From an uncultured Bacilli bacterium (GTDB lineage Bacteria; Bacillota_I; Bacilli_A; RF39; UBA660): DNA of 42,981 nt. The notes under the pieces are model-generated. The model had not been told where the DNA came from, made no database searches, and worked only from the letters and a program-made list of their open reading frames with translations. The DNA lies in contig CANQVB010000003.1 in NCBI GenBank assembly GCA_947627225.1, forward strand, positions 1-42,981, written 5' to 3'. Positions 1-9,047 of the stretch are shown in pieces (position 1 is the first letter of the stretch; each line of letters starts with the position of its first letter). Position numbers and translations under genes: made by a program.

Positions 1-7
1 ATTTATT

Positions 8-1177
8 GTGCTACTTATTTGTTATTTATGTATTTTAGGAGCCATGCACATTTTAAACAGACATTTTCTAAAAAAATCAATGTTATATTGTATAGTGGTT
101 TCATTTGGTATACTGACGTTTTTTGCACTTTGGTTACCTTCTCCTGTAGAAGGAATATATTGGTATAATGGTGCAATGAATTATATGCCTTGGGTATTTG
201 CAAATTTCTTAAATGTTTGTTTGTTGATTGAAGTATGGTTTAACAAAAACAAGCGCATAAGTAATGCTTTGATTATTGGCAGTATTCTTTTATCATTTTT
301 AATATCAGGTGCAAATCATGACACTGCTTTTGCAAATATATTGCTACTCATCTTTTTCTCTATTTATTTAATTCGTAATAAACGATATTATTCTTTACTC
401 CCTTTGCTTTCTGCTTTAGTAGGGTTTGGAATTATGTACATTGCACCTGGTACTATGGTTCGTCAAAGTGTTTTTGAAAAACAATCTGTTTTAGGTACAA
501 TCCTTGCAACGATTCAGCATGTTTATCAGATAAGTGGTGGTTGTTTTTCACCTATTTGGCTTTTAAGTCTTATCTTAATTACGCCTGTTGCAATTGAATT
601 TGCGAATAGCAATAAAAAGAGATGGCAGGGAATTTCCCTAAAACATATTATTTTTACAGTGTTAGGAATGTTGATGATTTTATGCGGAATGTTCTGTGTA
701 CCTTATTATGCAATGAAAAATTTTGGTGCTGGTAGATTAGAAAATGTTGTTTGGATTACTTTTATGTTTTTTAGTTGGATACTGTATACTATGATTTGGT
801 TATTTTTGACTGTGAAGAACTATGTTAATATTTCTAAATTTACTGCATCAAAAACAAAAATATTTTTGGGAACTGTTACCTGTGTAGGACTTGTTTGCTT
901 GTTTTTAATGCCTATTAATGGAAGAGAGTCCAATTCATTGATTGCTTACCATGAACTTCGAAATCATACAGCTTCTAACTATGGAGAAGAAATGGATGAG
1001 AGAATAAAACGATATAATGATAAAACATTAAAAGTTGTGGAAGTAGAAGAATTAAGAGCAAAATCAAGATTATTATACTTTGATGATCTTGGATATTCAC
1101 CAAATAAATGGCCAAATACAGCAATGAACAAATATTATAAAAAGGAAATTTATAAAGTAGCAGATTCTAACGAGTAG
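8..1177 (+). CDS. Polytopic membrane protein of polysaccharide loci (DUF6056-like, putative GT-C fold); probably 5'-truncated by the window edge
   Basis: About 10 hydrophobic segments; PSPVEGIYWYNGAMNY and APGTMVR motifs; soluble C-terminal tail; the frame is open back to the window start. Confidence 0.6.
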   Translation: MLLICYLCILGAMHILNRHFLKKSMLYCIVVSFGILTFFALWLPSPVEGIYWYNGAMNYMPWVFANFLNVCLLIEVWFNKNKRISNALIIGSILLSFLISGANHDTAFANILLLIFFSIYLIRNKRYYSLLPLLSALVGFGIMYIAPGTMVRQSVFEKQSVLGTILATIQHVYQISGGCFSPIWLLSLILITPVAIEFANSNKKRWQGISLKHIIFTVLGMLMILCGMFCVPYYAMKNFGAGRLENVVWITFMFFSWILYTMIWLFLTVKNYVNISKFTASKTKIFLGTVTCVGLVCLFLMPINGRESNSLIAYHELRNHTASNYGEEMDERIKRYNDKTLKVVEVEELRAKSRLLYFDDLGYSPNKWPNTAMNKYYKKEIYKVADSNE

Positions 1178-1209
1178 TAATTTTATTTAGAAGATATACT
1201 AAATTCAAA

Positions 1210-1258
1210 TTAAAAAACAATTTTTACCTTAAATAGTGAAGATTGTTTTTAATTTTTA
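1210..1258 (+). terminator. Intrinsic terminator-like hairpin
   Basis: TTAAAAAACAATTTTTAC...GTGAAGATTGTTTTTAA imperfect inverted repeat (G-U pairs) followed by a T-rich tract, about 30 bp after the stop. Confidence 0.55.
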
Positions 1259-1298
1259 TTGTTTCTTTTTCAAGGAAAATAGGAATAATTCTATAAAA

Positions 1299-1895
1299 TT
1301 ATTATTTAAAGAGAAAACCCCAATTCATACATAAGTCCATATTCAACAAGTAAATCAAGTGTAGATTTGTTGTTTATGGCTTATCATAGAACGTATGGCT
1401 TACCTGCTACGATTAGTCGTTGTCCTAACAATTATGGATCTTATCAATTTCCAGAGAAATGGATACCAGTTGTAATTTCTAAAGCTTTAAAAAATGAAAA
1501 AATCCCTGAATGGTAAGGGAGAAAATGTACGCGATTGGGTATATATTCACGGTCATAATGTTAGTGCTGATTTGATTGAAAGAAAAGGGAAAGTAGGGGT
1601 TTACAACCTTGGTGGTCATGCTGAGAGAAATAATTTGGAAGTGGTTAAAACCATTTTAAAACAGATGGGAAAAAGTGAAGATTTAATTACGTTTGTGGAA
1701 GATAGAAAAGGGCACGACTTAAGGTATGCAATTGATTCTTCTAAGATTGAAAAAGAACTATCTTGGGATAGAACTTACACTTTTGAGGATGGAATCAAAG
1801 AAACCGTCGATTGGTATTTAGAACACAGAGACTGGATAGAGGATATTTTAGAAGGACATTATAAAGAGGCGTACCAAAATAGTAGGAAAATATAA
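1299..1895 (+). pseudogene. rmlB: dTDP-glucose 4,6-dehydratase remnant; N-terminal Rossmann part missing, two frameshifts
   Basis: Three frames read LLFKEKTPIHT (1299-1331) / SPYSTSKSSVDLLFMAYHRTYGLPATISRCPNNYGSYQFPEKWIP...KIP (1334-1507) / GKGENVRDWVYI...DRKGHDLRYAIDSSKI (1512-1895), all RmlB signatures; breaks near 1332 and 1509. Confidence 0.9.
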
Positions 1896-1930
1896 AAAAA
1901 TAGGCACAAATGAGAGGTGTCTATTTTTTT
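1894..1930. terminator. Bidirectional intrinsic terminator between convergent genes
   Basis: AAAAAAATAGGCAC-9 nt-GTGTCTATTTTTTT with A/T tails on both sides. Confidence 0.75.
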
Positions 1931-3665
1931 ACAATTTTAATAAATCTTCAAGTAAATCTTGTGGCAAATAAGGCATTTGATTATACATTTCTTTTCCGAA
2001 AGGAGTCTTTGGGTAGGCTTTTGTTCCAATTGGTATTTTAATTTCAATAAGCGTAGGTTTATGATTGTCATAAGTGGTTAATACTTTATGAAATTTTTTT
2101 ATAGAATCAACTTGATATGCGCAAATGCCATATGCCTTTGCAATTTTAGCAAAATCTGGTGCAGAATAACCAAATTCACTACAAGAACCATAAAACTGAT
2201 GATTAAATATATCACATTGTTGTTGATGAATTAAACCTAAGGAAGAATTATTAAAAACAAAGATAGTTATTGGTAACCTTTCTTTTTGAATGAGTTGCAA
2301 TTCTTGAATGTTCATCTGCATGCCACCATCTCCTACAATTACATATGTAGTGTTATGCTTATTAGCAATGCATCCTCCTATTGAAGCCGGTAAAGCAAAT
2401 CCCATAGCTCCTAATCCACCAGAAAATATGATTCTTTGATTTTTTCTTATTTTTATTGAATGTGCAGCCCAAACTTGATTTTGACCGACGTCTGCGAAGA
2501 TATAACTGTTGTTATTTGTAAACTGATTAATCAAATTGATATATTGATTAGGTAACCATTCTGGAATTTTATCATCTATATCCTGTAATTGCTTTTTTAT
2601 ATAAGAGCATTTGGCTAGCCATGATTTTTTAAAGGATAAATTCTTTTTTACAAGTATATTGTTCATTGCTTGAATAACTAAATTTACATCGACATTGTAT
2701 GTTAAGTCATTGTGAATAGGTAATTTTAACTCCTCTTTATCAATTTCAATTCGAATGATTTGTGCTTTTGGGTTGAAATTTTCTCTCTTAATTCCAATGG
2801 TGCGGCCGCACATTCGACAACCCAATGAAACGATAAGATCAGCCTTTTGGAATCCAATTATATTTGCATATCTTTGTCCATAGGCAGAACCCATAAAACC
2901 AAAATTATAAGTTGAATTTTCTTCAAGTAAATCTTTTGCTAACATAGAATAGACAACAGGAATTTTTAAGTAGTTCACTAATTTTCTAATGGCATCTATT
3001 GATGCTTTTGTCTTGCTTATTCCATTTCCTAAAACTAATATTGGCTGTTTACTCGCTTCAATTTGGTTCAAAATTGTTTGCCCAATTTTTGAGTAATCAA
3101 TTTTATTTTGCTTTGGTTTTTTAAAATGTTTCAGCGTAGAAATATCAATTTCACTTCTTTGTATATTCATTGGTAAGTCGATAAGTACGGGTCCTTTTCT
3201 TTCTTCCTGCATAATAAATAATGCTTTTTCTAATTCATATGCAATTTCTTGAGCATTTTCAATTTTTACAGCATATTTTGTTATCGGTTGTACAATACGA
3301 ACAATATCACTTTCTTGAAATCCCTGTTGTCGTATGGTATCAACGTTTGTATATTCATAAGTGTTTAATTGTCCAGTAATAAATAAAATCGGCACACTAT
3401 CATAATATGCATCGGCAATTCCTGTTGTTAGATTGATCGCCCCAGGTCCACTCGTAGAATAAGCACAAGCTATTCCACCAGTTGCTTTCGCATAACCAAC
3501 AGCTTCCAATGCAGCACCTTGTTCATGATAACAAACATGATTTTTTACTCTATGATTTTTGCCAAGGGAATCAACTAGGTGAGCAATCATGGTTCCTTGA
3601 TAACCAAAAAAATCAACAATCCCATTTTTATGTAAAAAATCAACTATATAATCACTAACTTTCAT
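1929..3665 (-). CDS. Thiamine-diphosphate-dependent enzyme, acetolactate synthase large subunit/YerE-like
   Basis: HEQGA catalytic Glu, TSGPGAINL, DVGQNQVWAA, GAMGFALPA, GDGG...NN ThDP-binding motif; GGAGG RBS. Confidence 0.9.
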   Translation of the reverse strand: MKVSDYIVDFLHKNGIVDFFGYQGTMIAHLVDSLGKNHRVKNHVCYHEQGAALEAVGYAKATGGIACAYSTSGPGAINLTTGIADAYYDSVPILFITGQLNTYEYTNVDTIRQQGFQESDIVRIVQPITKYAVKIENAQEIAYELEKALFIMQEERKGPVLIDLPMNIQRSEIDISTLKHFKKPKQNKIDYSKIGQTILNQIEASKQPILVLGNGISKTKASIDAIRKLVNYLKIPVVYSMLAKDLLEENSTYNFGFMGSAYGQRYANIIGFQKADLIVSLGCRMCGRTIGIKRENFNPKAQIIRIEIDKEELKLPIHNDLTYNVDVNLVIQAMNNILVKKNLSFKKSWLAKCSYIKKQLQDIDDKIPEWLPNQYINLINQFTNNNSYIFADVGQNQVWAAHSIKIRKNQRIIFSGGLGAMGFALPASIGGCIANKHNTTYVIVGDGGMQMNIQELQLIQKERLPITIFVFNNSSLGLIHQQQCDIFNHQFYGSCSEFGYSAPDFAKIAKAYGICAYQVDSIKKFHKVLTTYDNHKPTLIEIKIPIGTKAYPKTPFGKEMYNQMPYLPQDLLEDLLKL

Positions 3666-3673
3666 GTTACCTC

Positions 3674-4408
3674 CTAAAAATAATCATAGCCACCATGAAT
3701 ATCAATGCTAGCACCATTAATGTATTGATTTTTAATAATTTCCATACAAATGCTAGCCACTTCTTCAGCTGTTCCAAAACGATGAAGGGCTATTTTTTTA
3801 CAAATTCGATTATAGCTCTCAATAGGTCTATCTTTATGATATGGAGTATCAATAAAACCAGGACAGATGCAATTGACAGTAATCTGATTTTCGCAAAAAT
3901 ATTTGACTAAGCTTTTACATAAAGAAATAACAGCAGCTTTAGAAACATTATAAACAAGGGAAGTACTATGAGGGTACTTTCCCATTATGGAGCTTATTAA
4001 AATGATTCTTCCAGCACTGGAATTTCTTAAGCAAGAGTTTAGTCCTTGAATTAGATAAAAAGGACAGTTCAAATTAATGTTCATTGCATTTTCCCAAGCT
4101 GATTTGTCAATTTTTCCAAATTCGCTTTTTTCTGTTACACCACAATTTAATATAAAAACATCTATTTTTTGTGTAATTTGTAGTACTTTCTTACAAAATT
4201 CCATAGCATTTTCATAAGTATTTAAATTTAATTTAATGCAATCAATTTTATTTTTATATTTCTGATTTTCTTCTAAAAATGTTTGATAAGCAATATCATC
4301 TGTTGCATAATTCATTATTACATGATAACCATTTTGTAGTAGGGCAATTGCAATAGCTCTGCCAATTCCTTTTGTTGATCCTGTTACAATAGCATATTTT
4401 TCATTCAT
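3674..4408 (-). CDS. Classical SDR family NAD(P)-dependent oxidoreductase (FabG-like fold)
   Basis: TGSTKGIG glycine motif, YNVSK catalytic YxxxK, CPGFIDT. Confidence 0.9.
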   Translation of the reverse strand: MNEKYAIVTGSTKGIGRAIAIALLQNGYHVIMNYATDDIAYQTFLEENQKYKNKIDCIKLNLNTYENAMEFCKKVLQITQKIDVFILNCGVTEKSEFGKIDKSAWENAMNINLNCPFYLIQGLNSCLRNSSAGRIILISSIMGKYPHSTSLVYNVSKAAVISLCKSLVKYFCENQITVNCICPGFIDTPYHKDRPIESYNRICKKIALHRFGTAEEVASICMEIIKNQYINGASIDIHGGYDYF

Positions 4409-5672
4409 AAATTCTCTCCATTATTTTACTAATAAACATTGATTCATCTGCAAATATTTTTTGATAACTGTTTTCTGATAAAACAGTATTTAAAAAATCT
4501 GATAATTCATAGCGAGTACCATCTTCCTCAAAATCAAAACTATGTTTTCTTGTTTTTTCTTGATTAAAAATTGTAAACGTTTCTGTTTTCCACCATGGTT
4601 TTTCAACAATTACATAACCACTCTTTCCGATAATTGTCAGTTCATCATTTAAATTCATTCCTTGACTTACTTGGATGGTTACAATAGAGTCATCATATTT
4701 TATAATAAGTTTTTGATAGATAATTCTGTTATTTTCGTAGACATTAAATTTATCTATATCAGTATAATGTACACCAAGCAGTTTAGAAACGGCTAGTAAA
4801 GGATAAACTAATGCTTCTTTTATATTTTGATGTCGATTACTATAAGTAATATCAATGCTTTTAACTTTACCAATACTACCAGACTTTATCATTAAAACAA
4901 GTCTAGAAAAACCAGGACAGTAAATTGTATTATTTGCTTCAAATAAGGTAAGTTGCTTTGTTTTTGCTAGATGATATAATTCAAAAATTGCATTTTCTTT
5001 TAAATCTGGATTTCGTTCAAAAAGCACATGTTTGTTATTTTCTAATGCGGTACGAATGTAGTTATATTGATTTTTGATAGAGGTAAAATACAATGCATCT
5101 ACTTTAGATAAAAGTTCTGTAAAGTTTTCTGTATAATTTTCGAGCATATTTTCCTTGCAAACTTTTAAGGCTTTTTTCTGATTTTCATGATAAGAAATAG
5201 TAAATTCTAAACCACTGACATATTTACTTTCTAAAATAATATTTTTTGCCTTTTTGAAGGATCCAACATATCCAATTTTTAAAATTCCAAATTGTTCATT
5301 TCTTAGTTGTGTACTAGATACGCCTTTTGTTCTTTCAAGATAAACAACATCACAATATTCTTTTAAATAGTCAAATTTGCCAAACCAATCCGAACCAAGA
5401 ACAAATTCATCAACGTGATATTTAATAATGTCATTGATTTTTTGCCCCATATATTCTTCTACAATAATTTTATCTGCAAGGCCGGTCTTTTTAATATTTT
5501 CTATTCTTTCGCTTAAGGTTTGTTTTACATTTAATTTTCCTCTTGCTTTATCATATGCATCTGAGGTTACCCCAACAATTAGATAATCTCCTCGTTCTTT
5601 AGCTCTTTTAAGAATGTTATAATGTCCAGTATGAAATAAATCATAAGTACCGTATGTAATAATTGTTTTCAT
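4401..5672 (-). CDS. Fusion of a TagD-like (glycerol-3-phosphate-type) cytidylyltransferase and a Gfo/Idh/MocA-like C-terminal domain
   Basis: GTYDLFHTGH (HxGH) and RTKGVSST motifs in the first ~125 aa; C-terminal KHVL, YCPGF, GSIG, GKSGY...PWWKT pattern; start moved to ATG 5672 behind GAGGTG. Confidence 0.85.
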   Translation of the reverse strand: MKTIITYGTYDLFHTGHYNILKRAKERGDYLIVGVTSDAYDKARGKLNVKQTLSERIENIKKTGLADKIIVEEYMGQKINDIIKYHVDEFVLGSDWFGKFDYLKEYCDVVYLERTKGVSSTQLRNEQFGILKIGYVGSFKKAKNIILESKYVSGLEFTISYHENQKKALKVCKENMLENYTENFTELLSKVDALYFTSIKNQYNYIRTALENNKHVLFERNPDLKENAIFELYHLAKTKQLTLFEANNTIYCPGFSRLVLMIKSGSIGKVKSIDITYSNRHQNIKEALVYPLLAVSKLLGVHYTDIDKFNVYENNRIIYQKLIIKYDDSIVTIQVSQGMNLNDELTIIGKSGYVIVEKPWWKTETFTIFNQEKTRKHSFDFEEDGTRYELSDFLNTVLSENSYQKIFADESMFISKIMERIYE

Positions 5673-5824
5673 CTGTATCACCTCTATCTATCACTATATA
5701 GGATTAAAAACAAGGAAACACATAAATGTGCTAACTTAATTATAATGTTTTTTATCAGATTTAAGAATTTTTGTTTTGCAATTCTAAAAAAATGAAAGAC
5801 ATCACTATTTTAGATTGTAGAAAA

Positions 5825-6982
5825 TCAGTGATGAAAGAAATCTTCTTTTATACATTCTACAATTTGTTTACTCGTGTGAATATAATTTTTTTTAAATAAC
5901 TGGGAAGTTAATTGCTTTCGTTTCTCTTTTAAAGGATCTTTACCACAAGACAAATCTTTTAGAATATTTTCAATGTCATTAAAACTTTTGGCTTGATAAC
6001 AAACTTTGTCAATTTTATGCATTAATTCAGAAAATAAATGTTTATCTTGTGTACACATAATAATTGGTTTTCCTAAAATAAGATAATCAATGATAATTGA
6101 AGAATAGTCTGTAATTAAACAATCAGAATCCATAAATGTCTGAAAATATTCACTTGCTGTGTCATAAAACATATTGGGATACTGAAATTGCTTTAAAAAG
6201 GAAGTTACTTCTTTTTTTTGCATCAAACCTTCCGCAATGAAATTTTGAAAAGCCAATGGATGTGGACGAAATACAAGTTGCATTTTTTGATGTTTATGAA
6301 AAAATTGAATCATTTGCTCTTTGTAATCAAAAAAAGTAGTTTTAACTAAAGCTTGGTCATAGCTCCATCTAGGAGTCCAGATAACTTTTAGTTCTTGAGA
6401 TGGAATTTGATCAAAAGCAGAATAATGTGAAAAATAGTTCTGTAATTCAGTTTCTAAAGCAGGATAGCCTAAATCTATACTATAATGACCACAACCATAT
6501 TCTTTCATTATTTTTTTCACATAATTATATTCATAAGTGTTTTCTGCAAAGAAGAAGTACAAATCTTTTAAGAAGGACCTATTCAGAGATACATCTCTTA
6601 TATTAAGTAAATTAAATCCATAGGGAATATAACAAAGTTTTGTAAATTTTGCAATATTTTCCGTGCTATATGCACTTGGCAAGTAGTTATTGTAAGGCCT
6701 TTGTACAAAAACGTAGTCTGGTTTTTCTTTTTGCAAATCGAACCAACCTTGTTCAGTGACAGCATTGATTACAATATCCCCAAATTTTTCTTTCCAAAAT
6801 GGAAGATTTGTGTTTTTTGGAAATTGACTGATATCTTCTGGAAAAGCGAGCACTTTTATATTAATACAAGGATCTTGTTGCATAGCGTGAATCACATCAC
6901 AGAATTTGTTATAACCTTGCATATATTGACAGATATAATAAATCTTAATTTGTTTAGAGAATATATTTTTAATAAGCTTCAT
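5825..6982 (-). CDS. CDP-glycerol glycerophosphotransferase (TagF/TagB-like) family transferase
   Basis: VIWTPRW, LVFRPHP and SDCLITDYSSIIIDYLILGKPII motifs. Confidence 0.8.
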   Translation of the reverse strand: MKLIKNIFSKQIKIYYICQYMQGYNKFCDVIHAMQQDPCINIKVLAFPEDISQFPKNTNLPFWKEKFGDIVINAVTEQGWFDLQKEKPDYVFVQRPYNNYLPSAYSTENIAKFTKLCYIPYGFNLLNIRDVSLNRSFLKDLYFFFAENTYEYNYVKKIMKEYGCGHYSIDLGYPALETELQNYFSHYSAFDQIPSQELKVIWTPRWSYDQALVKTTFFDYKEQMIQFFHKHQKMQLVFRPHPLAFQNFIAEGLMQKKEVTSFLKQFQYPNMFYDTASEYFQTFMDSDCLITDYSSIIIDYLILGKPIIMCTQDKHLFSELMHKIDKVCYQAKSFNDIENILKDLSCGKDPLKEKRKQLTSQLFKKNYIHTSKQIVECIKEDFFHH

Positions 6983-6984
6983 GT

Positions 6985-7518
6985 TTATTTATCCTTTCTA
7001 GTAGGACTGTTATATTTTAAGTTAAATGCATCGTATTCTATTGCATACCATACTAAATCACAGTAGGTTTCATTTTTTTTAATGTGATTTTTAAAAATTC
7101 CTTCTTTTTGAAAACCGATTTTTTCGTAAAAGGAGATTGCTCTTTGATTACAACTTAAAACATTCAGATAAACTTTATTCAAATCAAGTTCAAAAAAGGC
7201 TTTTCTTAGTAATTCTATTGTGGCAAAGGTAGAAGCCCCTGTTCCATGACTTTTTTCAAGAAATGAAATAGCAAATTCAGCATGTTTATTCGTTTTATCG
7301 ATATTTTTTAAACTGACAGTTCCCAAATAATTATCATTTTCATCTACACATGCATAGTGCAGTTCGGTATTGTTTTGAGCAGCATGCTGAATGAAATTTA
7401 ATACATCAACTTTTGTATAATGATTAAAATCTTTGGCAAAAACTTTAGCAGATAGAGGGGAATGCATCCATGCTAGCATTCCATCAGCATCTTTTTCTAG
7501 AATTTTTCTTAATCTCAT
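6985..7518 (-). CDS. GNAT N-acyltransferase (RimL/PseH-like), probable sugar-nucleotide N-acyltransferase
   Basis: YLGTVSL, AEFAI, HGTGAS, NQRAISFYEKIGF; directly downstream of the aminotransferase; ATG 7518 behind AGGTG. Confidence 0.8.
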   Translation of the reverse strand: MRLRKILEKDADGMLAWMHSPLSAKVFAKDFNHYTKVDVLNFIQHAAQNNTELHYACVDENDNYLGTVSLKNIDKTNKHAEFAISFLEKSHGTGASTFATIELLRKAFFELDLNKVYLNVLSCNQRAISFYEKIGFQKEGIFKNHIKKNETYCDLVWYAIEYDAFNLKYNSPTRKDK

Positions 7519-7533
7519 GTAATTCACCTTTCC

Positions 7534-8622
7534 TTAGTATTGATTTAAAAGATTGATAACATATTCAATTTCTTCTTCGGACATCCCATAGTAAAGTGGA
7601 AGACTTAATTCTTCATTTGCTATTTTAGAAGCAATTTCTAAATCATTCAAATGATCGTTTAAATAAGCTTCTTGTTTCGCAATTGAAATAGGGTAGTGGA
7701 TTCCTGTTTCAACTCCATGTTTTTCAAGATAACTTTTTAAATCATCCCTTGTTTGACAACGAATTGCAAAAACGTGAAAAACATGTGTTCTGTTTGACCC
7801 AATTGTAGGCAAAATAATTTTAGGATTCGTAATTTCAGTAAGATATTTTTGGGCAAGTCTTACACGTTCTTTTGTATATTGATCTAGCCTTTTTAGCTTA
7901 ATTCTTAAGAAACCTGCTTGAAGTTCATCCAATCGAGAATTGATGCCTTTATAAATATGATGATATTTTTCAATAGAACCATAATTAGAAATAGCTCTTG
8001 CTTTCTTAGCAATTGAAGCATCATTTGTAACAATGGCACCAGCATCTCCCAAAGCACCTAAATTTTTTCCTGGATAAAAGCTAAAACAACCAATATCCCC
8101 TAAAGAACCCGTTTGTTTTCCTTTATAAAGGGCATTATGAGACTGTGCACAATCTTCAATTACATATAAATTATGTCTTTTAGCAATTTTAATAATTTCA
8201 TCCATATCAGCACTTTGACCATATAAATGAACCGCAATAATTGCTTTCGTTTTTTTAGTAATGGCATCTTCTAAACCGTTAGCAGATAAGTTATAGGTAT
8301 CAATATCCGGATCCACTAAAATTGGTTTAGCACCAGCATAAGAAACAGCTAATGCAGTTGCAATATAGGTATTGCTTGGAACAATGACTTCATCTCCTTC
8401 ACCAATATCTAAGGCTAGTAGGGCAATATATAATGCTTCTAGACCATTTCCAACTCCTATACAGTATTTGGTTCCAATATGTTCTTTATATTCTTTTTCA
8501 AACTTCGAAACTTCATCGCCTAAGATGTACCAACCTTTTTGATATATTTCTTCGAATTTTTTGGTTATTTCTTCATGGATTTCTTCTTGCATATATTGCA
8601 TCGTCGAAAAAGGAATTTTCAT
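7534..8622 (-). CDS. fdtB: DegT/DnrJ/EryC1/StrS PLP aminotransferase (FdtB/QdtB-type, C3 amination)
   Basis: [37 protein letters not shown] (PLP Lys), NSRLDELQA. Confidence 0.85.
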   Translation of the reverse strand: MKIPFSTMQYMQEEIHEEITKKFEEIYQKGWYILGDEVSKFEKEYKEHIGTKYCIGVGNGLEALYIALLALDIGEGDEVIVPSNTYIATALAVSYAGAKPILVDPDIDTYNLSANGLEDAITKKTKAIIAVHLYGQSADMDEIIKIAKRHNLYVIEDCAQSHNALYKGKQTGSLGDIGCFSFYPGKNLGALGDAGAIVTNDASIAKKARAISNYGSIEKYHHIYKGINSRLDELQAGFLRIKLKRLDQYTKERVRLAQKYLTEITNPKIILPTIGSNRTHVFHVFAIRCQTRDDLKSYLEKHGVETGIHYPISIAKQEAYLNDHLNDLEIASKIANEELSLPLYYGMSEEEIEYVINLLNQY

Positions 8623-8624
8623 GT

Positions 8625-9047
8625 TTACTTCTCCTTCTTTTTAAATTTTTCTTTATAATACTTTTCGTATTCATCATATCCTCTAATATAGTCATCAATG
8701 TTATAGTGCTCACTTGCTAAAACTAAAAGGACAGCACTATCTTGAAAGTCATACATTTCCCTCCAAATATCTGGACCAATATATAAACCTTCACTTGGAT
8801 TATCTAAGGTAATTATCTGTTCTTCTTCTGGTGTTTTTAAAAGAATTTTTACAGAGCCATGTACACAAATTAGCGCTTGCTCCAAATTCTTATGGGAATG
8901 AAAACCTCTCCGCACATTTTCTTCTACTTCATAGATATAATAAACTCTTTTAATTGCAAAAGGAATTGTATCTTCCCCTTCAATAGGGCTTAATTTACCA
9001 TACTTATCATAATAGGTGTTAAATTTTTTAAATTCTACATTTTTCAT
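8625..9047 (-). CDS. fdtA: dTDP-4-keto-6-deoxyglucose 3,4-ketoisomerase (FdtA/QdtA cupin)
   Basis: [29 protein letters not shown]...DYIR; ATG 9047 behind GGAGG, with ATGA overlap on the upstream stop. Confidence 0.88.
   Translation of the reverse strand: MKNVEFKKFNTYYDKYGKLSPIEGEDTIPFAIKRVYYIYEVEENVRRGFHSHKNLEQALICVHGSVKILLKTPEEEQIITLDNPSEGLYIGPDIWREMYDFQDSAVLLVLASEHYNIDDYIRGYDEYEKYYKEKFKKKEK

Noticed and set aside
1494-1895. 133-aa ORF treated as an intact gene
   Set aside because: Its first residues are out-of-frame sequence; RmlB homology continues upstream in other frames, so it is part of a pseudogene
1929-3665. Housekeeping ilvB, or phosphonopyruvate decarboxylase of a phosphonate pathway
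   Set aside because: No ilvN/ilvC/ilvD neighbours and no PEP mutase; the length and motifs are ALS/YerE-like and the context is glycan biosynthesis
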